Origin: Bdellovibrionota bacterium
Lineage (GTDB): Bacteria > Bdellovibrionota_C > UBA2361 > OMII01
Assembly (NCBI GenBank): GCA_044351885.1
Contig: JBILEW010000008.1
Coordinates: 2,519 to 66,518 of the forward strand
Direction of reading: 5' to 3'
DNA: 64,000 nt
Under the pieces are notes generated by a model. It saw nothing but the letters and a program-made list of their open reading frames with translations, did no database searches and was not told where the DNA came from. The translations under genes were made by a program, and so were the position numbers. Of the stretch, positions 16,941 through 26,523 are shown piece by piece (position 1 is the first letter of the stretch; every line of letters begins with the position of its first letter).

Positions 16941-18167
16941 CTACGCCACTCGCTTGTCGCGCCCACCATCGAAGCGTCGTTCTGCGCGGCTGCCTGCGTA
17001 GGTAGGTAGCTCCACCAAGCCCTTGAACCGTTTCCCCAACAGGTTCTCCATCTGCTCTCGCAGTCCACCACCACTCATGATGAAACGGATCGCGTTGTTG
17101 ATCGCCGGAAGCGCGTCTGCCCAATCCGGGCGGATCGCGAACGAATTGTCGCACATGTCGATGAGCGTCTCCGGTGAGGCGAAGATGAGCTTTAGATGGT
17201 CCTGGTGCTCTGCGTGAATGTGATGGGCGAGTACGGAGTTGCAAAGGAAGATGTGCGCCGGTCTGGCCACCCCCTTGAGGGTGATCCGGTCGATCGCCTC
17301 TTCGTCGCTGGTGCACAACAGAAGTTCGCTGTCCGAGCGTTTGAGGTGCGTGTTCGCGACCAAGTGAGCCCGCGAATCGCGGATGACAGCGATCCGATAC
17401 TCGGCGTTTATCAGGTCTTCGATGCTCGTCGGCGGGGCGAGTTCGGGGAGCCCTTGGCTTGATCGCTCGCGGAACAGAACCGACATCCCCAGCCGATGTA
17501 CCGGCAGGGAGAAGAGGATGTTCGAGCGCGCATGCGGGCTCGACATCATCGGTCCGTAGATATCGATCTCTCCGGTGGAAAGTTTGTCGATGTACCTGGG
17601 AAAAGGGGTGATGATCGTCTCGATCTCGCACTGAAGCGACGATTGCAGCATGCGGAACAGATCGGCCGCGATCCCCTGCGTCAAGCTGAGTTCTCCGGCG
17701 GGGGTTCGGTCGAAAAGCCACGGTTGTGTGGGGTTGACTCCGATCTTAAGCGGCCGCCCGCCGAGTAAGGTATGCAGGGTGCGCGGCTTCAATTCGGTGC
17801 GCACCACGCTACGGATCGCGTCCACGAAGCCGCCCATGTCCAGCTTCACACTCAGGAACCCTTCTCCCTGCTCCTCTTTGCGGCTGAGGGAGAGGGGGCC
17901 TTCGAAGGGCCACGGGTCTTTTAGCCCTGAGGCACGAAAGAGGGAGTGCGGATCGGCCATCTCGAAGTTTAGCGCCAACAGGATCAGCACCGGCTTACTC
18001 GGTATCCGACCGTATCTACCGATGTGTGCAAGATAGGACTGAGAGACACCACAGCGCCGGCTTAGAGCATCGAGAGACAGCCTGTGTTTCCTACGCCACC
18101 CGTCCAGCTCGGTGTTGAAAATTCGCTTGAGTTCGGAGGATGTCTCGAATTCCAGAGTCTTTGGCAT
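16941..18167 (-). CDS. HTH (XRE-type) domain fused to a family-3 solute-binding-protein (PBP2) domain
   Basis: 408 aa. The N-terminus reads LSLDALSRRCGVSQSYLAHIGRYGRIPSKPVLILLALNF (HTH_3-like). Residues ~140-400 read LKIGVNPTQPWLFDR...GIAADLFRMLQSSLQCEIETIITPFPRYIDKLSTGEIDIYGPMMSSPHARSNILFSLPV (SBP_bac_3-like). Confidence 0.7.
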   Translation of the reverse strand: MPKTLEFETSSELKRIFNTELDGWRRKHRLSLDALSRRCGVSQSYLAHIGRYGRIPSKPVLILLALNFEMADPHSLFRASGLKDPWPFEGPLSLSRKEEQGEGFLSVKLDMGGFVDAIRSVVRTELKPRTLHTLLGGRPLKIGVNPTQPWLFDRTPAGELSLTQGIAADLFRMLQSSLQCEIETIITPFPRYIDKLSTGEIDIYGPMMSSPHARSNILFSLPVHRLGMSVLFRERSSQGLPELAPPTSIEDLINAEYRIAVIRDSRAHLVANTHLKRSDSELLLCTSDEEAIDRITLKGVARPAHIFLCNSVLAHHIHAEHQDHLKLIFASPETLIDMCDNSFAIRPDWADALPAINNAIRFIMSGGGLREQMENLLGKRFKGLVELPTYAGSRAERRFDGGRDKRVA

Positions 18168-18529
18168 AACGTCCTCCCGCGTACTGAGTATCTACTATGC
18201 ATGCCGTGGTCTCCTCGCGCGCTGCCGCCAGACGGACCCATGCAACACAGGGAATTCTGCATCACGCACTGCGTGTAACAAAACGAAATATGCTGTCTGA
18301 AGAACAGCGTACTTTGGTTAGTATTTTTGATAGCTTGCGAGAATGCCTCAGGCATCGCAGAGCGCACCGTTAGCGCGTATGACACATCTTCTAATGATGG
18401 GAGATGCGGGCGTACGCTTGGACCTCCCGCGTTGAAGAGCCAGGGGAGCGCTCGGGTACCGATGGATGGGGTGAGGAGGTTGATCCTCATGACCATCCGG
18501 TTTTGCTCGCATTTTTTGGGGAGAGCCTT

Positions 18530-18661
18530 ATGAGGTTAGTGCGTTTCGCATTGATCTTCGCAGCAGGTATGTACCTGGGGTTTCAGATTGGGGGAAGGGG
18601 TCTGGAAGCAACCCTCGACGGAGTGAAGAGCTTTGTCGAGCGGTTGGAAAGATCTAGGTGA
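18530..18661 (+). CDS. Possible 43-aa small membrane protein
   Basis: Internal ATG of ORF 18404..18661, preceded by GGGGAG. Sequence MRLVRFALIFAAGMYLGFQIGGRGLEATLDGVKSFVERLERSR has one TM helix and an amphipathic tail. Confidence 0.3.
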   Translation: MRLVRFALIFAAGMYLGFQIGGRGLEATLDGVKSFVERLERSR

Positions 18662-18725
18662 GCCCGTCTCGGTTTTGTATCGACACCCTGGGCGTATGCC
18701 CCTGGCTGGTTCTAGCGGTTTGCAT

Positions 18726-18754
18726 GGAGGGCAACCCTCGCAAGGTTGCCCTCC
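18726..18754. terminator. Perfect 11-bp GC-rich hairpin between convergent genes (candidate bidirectional terminator)
   Basis: GGAGGGCAACC-ctcgcaa-GGTTGCCCTCC, located 15 nt beyond the pal stop. Confidence 0.55.
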
Positions 18755-18768
18755 GTTGACCCTGTAGA

Positions 18769-19362
18769 TCAATATCGAGTTGTTCCCGTCTCCAGAGCTG
18801 CCTGTGGAGCATCCTGGCCTGCCGAGAAATGTGCTCTGCGATTACGCGCATACGAGCTCTCGCTGTGGCCGGGATCAAGGGGGATCTCCTCGCCGTAGCT
18901 TATCGTGTTGATACGTGATGAAGGGACGCCGAGTGCTACGAGCGCGTTCTTCGTTGCGCGTGCACGCTCGGCACCGAGCGCCATGTTATACTCGACCGTA
19001 CCGCGCTCGTCGCAGTGCCCTTCGACCGTAATCTTCATGTCAGGGGTATCCTTGAGGGTCTGCGCATTGGCCTCGATAGCTGTTCGAGCATCGTCTTCGA
19101 TGGCGTACGAGTCGTATCCGAACGGCACGTCCCTGAAGAGGCCGTTACCTTCGGCTGAGGGGATCGACCCCGATCCAAACCGGCCATCGCGTTGAGCTGC
19201 GAGGTCAGATTCCGAAAGTTCGCTACCATCCCCGTCGCCGCTGCCTTTCTTGAACCACGAGCAGCCGGTCAGCGTTACGGAGGAAACGAGGGTGAGGGTG
19301 ATGATGGATGAGAAAAATCTCAGTCGTAGGTTGTGCATAAGGGTTTTCTTAACAAATAACAT
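18769..19362 (-). CDS. pal: Peptidoglycan-associated lipoprotein (OmpA-family C-terminal domain)
   Basis: Lipobox VTLTGC. OmpA_C region reads VPFGYDSYAIEDDARTAIEANAQTLKDTPDMKITVEGHCDERGTVEYNMALGAERARATKNALVALGV...NRRAHF. Confidence 0.85.
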   Translation of the reverse strand: MLFVKKTLMHNLRLRFFSSIITLTLVSSVTLTGCSWFKKGSGDGDGSELSESDLAAQRDGRFGSGSIPSAEGNGLFRDVPFGYDSYAIEDDARTAIEANAQTLKDTPDMKITVEGHCDERGTVEYNMALGAERARATKNALVALGVPSSRINTISYGEEIPLDPGHSESSYARNRRAHFSAGQDAPQAALETGTTRY

Positions 19363-19575
19363 CGTTGATGTGGCCGAATCTTTACATCCGAGAGCCCAGA
19401 GCGCAACGGTGAGATTTGCGCAATCCGCGCGTTTTTCTCGGGTGTCCCGTGCTCTGCGAGGAGCCGCGCCTCGGGCGCCCTTTCAGGGGCACACGCAGCT
19501 TTTACGATTTCCTCTTTCCGGTCATCTGAGGCAAAGTACGAGGATACTCGGCTCGAGCAATTGCCTACAAGACAC

Positions 19576-20940
19576 ATGGCTACTATGGACACTTTCAGAA
19601 CCTATTTCACGACTCACCAGGAGCGTTTCCTCGAGGAATGGAAAACCTTCCTACGCTTCCCGAGCATCAGTGCCGACCCCAACTATAACGGACAGTGTGT
19701 CGAGTGTGCCGAGTGGCTGGTCTCGCATCTGAAAAACCTGGGCTTCTCTGCAGAGCTCCTTTCTACTGCAACCAAGCCGTTGGTGTACGGAGTGCTCCCG
19801 GGAGATCCGAAGAAGCAGGTAGTGCTCTTTTATGGACACTACGATGTTCAGCCGGTTGATCCCCTCAATCTCTGGGAAACTGCGCCATTCGAGCCGACGC
19901 TCCGCAACGGACGTCTGTATGCACGTGGTGCACAGGACAACAAGGGGCAGGTATTTTACTTTTTGAAAGGCATAGAGGCGCTACGCGCCTCTGGTGTGGC
20001 TCTTCCGACGATCAAGATCCTGCTCGAGGGGGAGGAGGAGTGCGGAAGTGAGGCTATGCACGCGGGGCTGCGTGGCTTGTCCCAGAAGCTGGCCGCCGAT
20101 GTGCTGATGGTGTGCGATACCGGGATGCTCGTTCCTGACTCTCCGACCGTCACGATGGGATTGCGTGGCATCGCACACTTCGAGCTTCGAGTGCACGGCC
20201 CGAGCGTTGATCTTCACTCTGGTATGTACGGCGGTATCGTACTCAATCCACTTCAGGCGCTCGCCTCTATCGTAGCCGCGTTGCATGCACCGGACGGTTC
20301 CGTGGCTGTTCCAGGATTCTATGACGGTGTCGCCGATATACCAGCCGAAGACAAAGCTCTGGCGAATGCGGCGCCTATCGATGTTGCAGCGATGTCGAAG
20401 GTGGTCGGAACGGAGTTCCACGGGGGCGAGAAGGGATTCTCGGTGGTCGAGCGGCGTGGGTTCAGGCCGACCTTGGAGATAAACGGGATCGGTGGCGGAT
20501 ACCAAGGATCAGGTAGTAAGACCGTTATCCCTACGTACGGATTTGCCAAGCTCTCGATGAGGCTCGTCGCAGGGCAGGATCCGCGAAGCACACTCGACAA
20601 AGTCACCGTGTACTTGAAGAAGCTCGCTCCCAAAGGGGTTCGGGTGGAGGCGTGTGAGGAGCGAGTGGGTGGTCCTGCGTTGCTCGTGTCGACGCACTCG
20701 CCCGTGATTCGGAAAGCGCGCGAGGCGCTCACGGCCGCATTTGATCGCGATCCGATCTTCCTGTGGGAGGGAGCGAGCATTCCTATCATTCCGCTCCTGT
20801 GCGAGGTCTCCGGTGCCGAGCCGTTGCTCGTCGGGTTCGGCCTTGATGAGGACCAGATCCATGCGCCAAACGAATCCTTCTCCTTACGCCAATTCGAAGA
20901 CGGATTCCGTTACGTTACGTCTTTCCTCAGTAGAATATGA
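19576..20940 (+). CDS. M20-family metallopeptidase (dipeptidase / ArgE-DapE-like)
   Basis: VLFYGHYDVQPVDPLNLWETAPFEPTLRNGRLYARGAQDNKGQ and LLEGEEECGS motifs. The ORF track opens at a TTG at 19561; the ATG at 19576 is preferred. Confidence 0.8.
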   Translation: MATMDTFRTYFTTHQERFLEEWKTFLRFPSISADPNYNGQCVECAEWLVSHLKNLGFSAELLSTATKPLVYGVLPGDPKKQVVLFYGHYDVQPVDPLNLWETAPFEPTLRNGRLYARGAQDNKGQVFYFLKGIEALRASGVALPTIKILLEGEEECGSEAMHAGLRGLSQKLAADVLMVCDTGMLVPDSPTVTMGLRGIAHFELRVHGPSVDLHSGMYGGIVLNPLQALASIVAALHAPDGSVAVPGFYDGVADIPAEDKALANAAPIDVAAMSKVVGTEFHGGEKGFSVVERRGFRPTLEINGIGGGYQGSGSKTVIPTYGFAKLSMRLVAGQDPRSTLDKVTVYLKKLAPKGVRVEACEERVGGPALLVSTHSPVIRKAREALTAAFDRDPIFLWEGASIPIIPLLCEVSGAEPLLVGFGLDEDQIHAPNESFSLRQFEDGFRYVTSFLSRI

Positions 20941-22199
20941 GCCAAGTTCCACTCGCAGAGCGCCTCCGCCCATCTTCGCTCGATGAGTTTTTCGGGATCG
21001 AGCAGCTTGACCCGTCATTCGTGGCGCAGCTACGAGCGGGGAAGGGGCGTATTCCTTCTGCGATTTTGTGGGGACCCCCGGGATCGGGTAAGACGACCCT
21101 TGCAAAGTTGATCGGGCGTTCGTACGAGTGCGAGTTTGTGGAGCTTTCGGCGGTGCTCTCGGGCGTCAAAGATGTTCGTGAGGTGGTCGATCGCGCGAAG
21201 AAACTCGATCGACCGACGTTACTCTTCGTCGACGAGATCCACCGCTTCAACAAAGGGCAACAGGATGCCTTTCTGCCGCACGTCGAGGCGGGGACTATCG
21301 CCTTGGTGGGGGCAACGACGGAGAACCCCTCGTTCTATCTGACCTCGGCGCTCCTTTCGAGGGCACGGGTCGTGGTCCTCAAACCGCTCGGGCGAGAAGC
21401 GCTGGCCAAGGTGTGTGTCCGTGGCGAACGAGCACTCGGTATCGAGCTGAACGAGGATTCTCGCGCTCTTTTCGAGGAGGCGAGTGCAGGCGATGGTCGG
21501 CGACTTCTCAATCTGCTGGAGGCGTTTTCATACGCGACAGAGGAATCATCAGACCGCGGTACGGATGCCGTGCGCGCGTTTTTGGCGCAGTCCGGCCATG
21601 CTGTCTATGACCGCGATGGCGAGGAGCACTACAACATCGCCTCGGCGTTCATCAAGAGCTTGCGAGGCTCTGATGCCGATGCCGCCCTCTACTGGGGCTT
21701 TCGCATGCTCGATGGCGGAGAGGATCCGCGCTTTCTCATTCGACGACTCGTTATCTTCGCTAGTGAGGACATAGGAAACGCCGATCCACGCGCGCTGCAG
21801 ATAGCGATCTCGACCCTGCAAGCCTATGAGTTGGTAGGTCTTCCGGAGGGGAGGATTCCGATAGCGCAGTGTATCACCTATCTCGCGACTGCGCCGAAAT
21901 CCAATCGCAGCTACGTGGCATTGAACCGCGCTCTCGCATCGATAAAAAGCTCGCCAGAGGCGGCGGTGCCGCTGCACTTGCGCAATGCTCCCACCGGCTT
22001 GATGCAAGGCTTGGGATACGGTGATGGGTACGTTTATCCGCACGACCAGGAGTACGGTTATGCGCCCGGTGTCGAGTACCTCCCGAAGAGTGTCCCCGGA
22101 AGGCCGTTTTACGAGCCGAGCGACCGTGGAAACGAGAAAACGATCAAGGAACGGCTGCAATGGTTGCGGGAGGTTTCGCGAAGTGGGGGCGCCAAGTAG
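20937..22199 (+). CDS. rarA: Replication-associated recombination protein A (AAA+ ATPase)
   Basis: 420 aa with Walker A WGPPGSGKTTLAKLI, Walker B LLFVDEIHRFNKGQQDAFLP and an MgsA_C region (ALYWGFRMLDGGEDPRFLIRRLVIFASEDIGNADP). ATGA overlap with the upstream gene. Confidence 0.93.
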   Translation: MSQVPLAERLRPSSLDEFFGIEQLDPSFVAQLRAGKGRIPSAILWGPPGSGKTTLAKLIGRSYECEFVELSAVLSGVKDVREVVDRAKKLDRPTLLFVDEIHRFNKGQQDAFLPHVEAGTIALVGATTENPSFYLTSALLSRARVVVLKPLGREALAKVCVRGERALGIELNEDSRALFEEASAGDGRRLLNLLEAFSYATEESSDRGTDAVRAFLAQSGHAVYDRDGEEHYNIASAFIKSLRGSDADAALYWGFRMLDGGEDPRFLIRRLVIFASEDIGNADPRALQIAISTLQAYELVGLPEGRIPIAQCITYLATAPKSNRSYVALNRALASIKSSPEAAVPLHLRNAPTGLMQGLGYGDGYVYPHDQEYGYAPGVEYLPKSVPGRPFYEPSDRGNEKTIKERLQWLREVSRSGGAK

Positions 22200-22282
22200 C
22201 TTGCAGATCGTGGTGATTTGGCAAAAGGATTAAAAGGGGGGGAATGTGCGCCCTTAGAGGAGCACATCGTCTCAATTGATAT

Positions 22283-23026
22283 ATGCGCAATCGTATAGTT
22301 ATCGACCAAACAGCCCAGCGTGAGCACTTTGATGCCCTGGCGAACCAGTATGCTGCTGACCGCCTTGAGATTTCAGAGTTGCATACCCAACTAGAGCTGG
22401 AGGGTCTGGCCGAAGCGATAGGTGCTGTGCCTCATGACAAGTTGGTCGTAGACTTTGGGGCTGGAACCGGGCGCTGCTGCTTGTATCTCCTCCGAAAAGG
22501 CCACTCCGTTGAAGCGGTCGACCTGAGTGAGGTGTCGCTCGCAGCGCTGCAGCAGAACGCAGAGCGTCTTGGACTCCCACAGCTCCGAACCAGGACCGAG
22601 TTACCGAGGGAGCCGTACGCGGATGCTATCGTCGGAACTGATGTCCTTCATCACGTGGATCTCGACGATACGTTGAGCCATTTCCGTGACGCTCTCGTAG
22701 ATGGTGGACGCTTGTCCTTTTCCGAGCCGGGGGCGGGTAACTTGTCTTGGTACCTCTATCTTGGACTGTACCGCCGGGAGTGGGAGGTAGAGAAGGGGAT
22801 CGTGCAGTGCTCGTATCGCAATCTGGTGCGCGCTCTTCGAGATGCTGGATTCGTCGACATCAGCGTGCGCGGCTTCGGATTACTTCCCAATCCTCTCTTC
22901 AATTGGAGTCAGCTTCTGTGTCGCTTCAACCTCTGGTTAGGCGAAGTGCCGATTCTACGGCACTTCGCCTATAGGTATCTCATAACGGCACAGAAGCCGG
23001 CCGCGGCGTGCTCTTCGAATCCTTAA
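22283..23026 (+). CDS. Class I SAM-dependent methyltransferase
   Basis: 247 aa with motif I VVDFGAGTGRCCLYLLRKGHSVEAVDLS and a post-II segment DAIVGTDVLHHV. Confidence 0.7.
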   Translation: MRNRIVIDQTAQREHFDALANQYAADRLEISELHTQLELEGLAEAIGAVPHDKLVVDFGAGTGRCCLYLLRKGHSVEAVDLSEVSLAALQQNAERLGLPQLRTRTELPREPYADAIVGTDVLHHVDLDDTLSHFRDALVDGGRLSFSEPGAGNLSWYLYLGLYRREWEVEKGIVQCSYRNLVRALRDAGFVDISVRGFGLLPNPLFNWSQLLCRFNLWLGEVPILRHFAYRYLITAQKPAAACSSNP

Positions 23027-24288
23027 TCCGACTCGTGCGGAAGGATGTCGTTCATCGGGAAAGCGCCACCCGAATGTGGTCCGAAGTAGAAGCGCACCAT
23101 CGTGCTCGCTGTCCAGGCCTCTTGGCCGCTCATGTTGGCGTACTCGAGACCGGTCATGAGCTTCAATCGGTGCTTGGCGATGTAGTAATTCAGTCCGACG
23201 TATCCAGCTTGGTAGAGGTCTCCTGCGCCAACACCTGCCTCACGCTCGTAGCGACGCTGTGCTTGAAGGCCCTCGTCGTTGTTGGAACCTGCGAGCTGGT
23301 ACCTAGTGGCAATTTGTAGGTAGTGGTTTAAGAAGTACGTAGGTTGGAGGTTGAGACCCGTTGCGTTTCCGGTGTCGCTTCCGATCCCACCCGTTATTTC
23401 GGCAACCAAGGAAGCATGACCATCAGTAAGGATCAGCGCTCCCGACACGCCGTCCTCGAAGCGGTCCATGTTGGTCGCGTTGTCGTTGGCATCGCTGTGC
23501 AGGTACGAGCCGTAGAGAGTTGCGCTCTCTACCCCAAAGGCGTTTCCTAGTTCGTGATACACCTGAGTCAGGAAGGAGTACCCCGAATTGAAATCGGTGA
23601 AAGCATCGCCCATGTTCTGGCCGGTGGCGTTGGTGAAAAATCCCGTATAGTAAGAGGTCTTATCGACCTTCCCCTGCAGGGTCACCGCCGGGGTGTAGTC
23701 CACTGCGAACATGTTGGTGAGCATCGCGCGCTCGAGGTAGTTGAGGTAGCGACTAGACACGTTTCGATCGTGTGTGAAGCGGTTTTTCTGCTGACCGACA
23801 GTGAGCGCTATCTCCGGGCTGAATGCCCACTGCGCCCAGAGCTCCGTAAAACCATTGTAAAAGGGCTGGATGTCACTGCCGCTCACCATCTGTGCGTGGA
23901 GGGTCGCCTTCTTGAACACCTTGGCTTGGGCGCCCAATCGGAAGCGACGAGTCTCGTAGCCGTCGTCCTCTCCCGTGGATGCTTCGGTCCAGTGATACTG
24001 ACCGTGGTAACGGCCCAGGAGCCACACTTCCTGCAAGTATTCATTCTTGTCGTCTTTGTAGACCCGCCCGAGGTTCTCAAGGGCATCGCCGACGTTAAAA
24101 GCTTTGGTGGTCGTTGATGCGCCGACGTCAGGCGCACTAGGAGTAGGGGTCTGAGCATCTGCACTCGTGAGGGCCATCGAGGCTGCTAGGAGCGTAATGA
24201 GAGAGCGCGCGGTGATGCGGCGATACCATCCAAGGCACGTCGGTTTTCGATAGTTCTCCCCAGTGTATCCCTTGGTCGCACGCGACAT
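23023..24288 (-). CDS. Outer-membrane porin, phosphate-selective porin O/P family
   Basis: 421 aa with a signal peptide (LITLLAASMALTSADA). LTVGQQKNRFTHDRNVSSRYLNYLERAM matches the Porin_O_P core motif. C-terminal beta strands read GLNYYIAKHRLKLMTGLEYA...VRFYF. A strong GGAGGAG lies upstream of the ATG. Confidence 0.7.
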   Translation of the reverse strand: MSRATKGYTGENYRKPTCLGWYRRITARSLITLLAASMALTSADAQTPTPSAPDVGASTTTKAFNVGDALENLGRVYKDDKNEYLQEVWLLGRYHGQYHWTEASTGEDDGYETRRFRLGAQAKVFKKATLHAQMVSGSDIQPFYNGFTELWAQWAFSPEIALTVGQQKNRFTHDRNVSSRYLNYLERAMLTNMFAVDYTPAVTLQGKVDKTSYYTGFFTNATGQNMGDAFTDFNSGYSFLTQVYHELGNAFGVESATLYGSYLHSDANDNATNMDRFEDGVSGALILTDGHASLVAEITGGIGSDTGNATGLNLQPTYFLNHYLQIATRYQLAGSNNDEGLQAQRRYEREAGVGAGDLYQAGYVGLNYYIAKHRLKLMTGLEYANMSGQEAWTASTMVRFYFGPHSGGAFPMNDILPHESD

Positions 24289-24518
24289 GGTTGTTGCTCC
24301 TCCCCGTATCGTTCAATGAGCCCTTCACGCTACCCGCCGCGCTCGGCGAGCACGGCGGATAGTGTCAGAATTCTATCCTCTAACAAGTAGCTAACTGTGT
24401 CCCCATAGCGCTTTAACGGAAAACTAACCAAGTATACCCATGGGCCTAACGGGGCGCTAACAAGGGTGGGGTGATAAGGACTGGGCTGCGTCATGTCGAA
24501 CTGCGACCGGCTGAGAAC

Positions 24519-25139
24519 TCAGATGCGCAGCTCCAGCGCAGTGAACAACACAATAGCCCGTAGAAGGTCGCTGCGCGTGATGATTCCGGTCGGCTCGCCG
24601 GTATCATTTGTTACTGGCATACATCCGATACGCTCTTCCAAGAGTACCCGTGCTATCTCGCGAATAGGCACGTGCGGCGCGGCGGTAAGGACGGGAGTTA
24701 CCATGATGGTTTCAACGGCGGTCTCATGCCAGTCGATGCGTGGCCGGGTCGAGTTGGCGAGCGCTTCCTTGAAGGCCAGGCGGTCGGAGAGGATGCCGAG
24801 GATCTTTCCTTGCTCGTCTAACACCGGGTAATGCCGAAAGCGGTTTTCGGAGAAGCTTCGTAGCACCTCACCTAACGGGGTAGTGCGTTGGATGCTGTGG
24901 ACGGGAGAGGTCATGATATCCGCCGCACGCGGCGGTGTCTTCTCGGGGGCGACCTGTGAGACGTAGCGTTGAATCGCGGACGTGATGTACCCCTTACGTG
25001 CTCGACTAGCGGGATCGCCGTCTGGGGAGATCTCCTCTGTTCTGGCTGCAGCCTCCACGCCTTCAATTCCATGGGAGGCGCGCAGGCACCCGGGAACGTA
25101 GGTGCTGGTCAAGCCCTGCACGTCGCGAATCGTGAACAT
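24519..25139 (-). CDS. CBS-pair domain protein
   Basis: 206 aa with two CBS motifs (IMTSPVHSIQRTTPLGEVLRSFSENRFRHYPVLDEQGKILGILSDRL; IMVTPVLTAAPHVPIREIARVLLEERIGCMPVTNDTGEPTGIITRSDLL). Confidence 0.8.
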   Translation of the reverse strand: MFTIRDVQGLTSTYVPGCLRASHGIEGVEAAARTEEISPDGDPASRARKGYITSAIQRYVSQVAPEKTPPRAADIMTSPVHSIQRTTPLGEVLRSFSENRFRHYPVLDEQGKILGILSDRLAFKEALANSTRPRIDWHETAVETIMVTPVLTAAPHVPIREIARVLLEERIGCMPVTNDTGEPTGIITRSDLLRAIVLFTALELRI

Positions 25140-25203
25140 GGTAGGAGGGTATCCCGAGTAATTGTCGACGACTAGAGCGAATAATTGAGGCTTTTGTCCC
25201 TCG

Positions 25204-26253
25204 TCAACGACGGAGGCTGAGCTCGTCGCCTGCGGTTGCTCGTACAGCCGCCCGAATCACGGTCCCCATCTTGTGTCGCGCCGTTGATTCGTGCAGTCCT
25301 GGGACCGGTATAGATGATACGCGCGAGCCGGGATCTATGGTTATGCCTCGTCCCGGGGCCTCAGGTACCAGGGCGTCTCCGAAGATACCTAGAGCTCCAT
25401 TCGCTTTATCCTGAAAACTGGTCAGTATCTCACCCTTTACCCGGTATGCTTGGATGTTTTGTGCTCGCTTTTCGATCTGAGCGCTATCGTAGCGTTCCAC
25501 CGTGCGTCTATTGAGTCCCGCCGCATTGAAGGTGATTGCTGGAGAGTTGGTAACGATAGCTTGGGCCGATGCGAGCCCGCCACCGAGGGAGTGCCCGTTG
25601 AAAACCACCTCGATGGAGGGACCATATTTTTCTCGAACCGCCTGTTTCAGCGCTATGGCCGCTTCGATCGCCATCGAGTACTGACGTGACTTGAAGCCCG
25701 GTGCCTGTTGTACGTTGTTGATCCAATCAGGGAGATTTTCGGTGCCTCTATTCGCCAGGATGAAGACGTTCGATTCGCGGTCGAAATAGAGGGAGCTAAA
25801 ATAGCCGACCTTGTCGTCCGCCAGCATCTTATCTGTCAGCTTCGATCCAACAAAAAGTTCGAGCGCCGCCCCTCGAAGTCTAGTGATGTGTGCCGGCAGC
25901 ACAGCGGGTGCAGTGCCATCGGAGTACACGTCGGTTGCGATTAAACAGTGAGTGAGGAGATCTCGCTGCTGATGTAAGCGTTGGAACTCAGTGGACGATG
26001 GATCTGTCTGTCTGATCTGTGCCGACAACTGCTCGACAGTGGCACACGCCTCCTTCGCACACTGCGTAGTCTTATCCTTGCTAGCTTCCTTGTCCGGCGC
26101 CACCTGACGCCTCAGGTCGGTTCCGGCTGCGCGGAGTGCGCCCGAGGTTCCCATGTTCGCGGATGCAGGGTTCGCGTCGTGTCCAGGCGAGGTGCCGGGT
26201 CGATCGGGGGCGTTTTGCGAACGTGGAGTTATTCCGGTTTGGGGCATCGCCAT
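25204..26253 (-). CDS. Alpha/beta-hydrolase, lipase class 3-like protein with disordered N-terminus
   Basis: 349 aa with nucleophile elbow VVFNGHSLGGGLASAQAI. The preceding pattern YFDRESNVFILANRGTENLPDWINNV is typical of Lipase_3/DUF2974-type proteins. No signal peptide. The first ~90 aa are low-complexity. Confidence 0.6.
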   Translation of the reverse strand: MAMPQTGITPRSQNAPDRPGTSPGHDANPASANMGTSGALRAAGTDLRRQVAPDKEASKDKTTQCAKEACATVEQLSAQIRQTDPSSTEFQRLHQQRDLLTHCLIATDVYSDGTAPAVLPAHITRLRGAALELFVGSKLTDKMLADDKVGYFSSLYFDRESNVFILANRGTENLPDWINNVQQAPGFKSRQYSMAIEAAIALKQAVREKYGPSIEVVFNGHSLGGGLASAQAIVTNSPAITFNAAGLNRRTVERYDSAQIEKRAQNIQAYRVKGEILTSFQDKANGALGIFGDALVPEAPGRGITIDPGSRVSSIPVPGLHESTARHKMGTVIRAAVRATAGDELSLRR

Positions 26254-26372
26254 AGACCTCTGATAACCTGCGCTGCCTTCGAGAGCATGAGCGCATTACG
26301 CTCAGAAGGGAACGACTGAAACGGTTATGGGGTGTGTGACGGTACAGATGCGGTAATGGCGGGGCGGATGAC

Positions 26373-26487
26373 GGTAAGCTTTTGACATCTCTAGGAAAGA
26401 AAGGCAAAGCCTGCAACGCTACCACGTGAACGTGCTCGTGCACCTGAACGTAAACGTACCCGAACAACAACATCAAGATTTTCGGGG
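26373..26487 (+). mobile_element. Family A element fragments: degenerate right end abutting a left TIR, left arm and loop (right arm missing)
   Basis: GGTAAGCTTTTGACATCTC-TA-GGAAAGAAAGGCAAAGC...CTACCACGTGAACGTGCTCGTGCACCTGAACGTAAACGTACCCGAACAACAACATCAAGATTTTCGGGG. Confidence 0.75.
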
Positions 26488-26523
26488 AACCGAAGCACCG
26501 GATGCGGCTTATCAATCGCCCTC

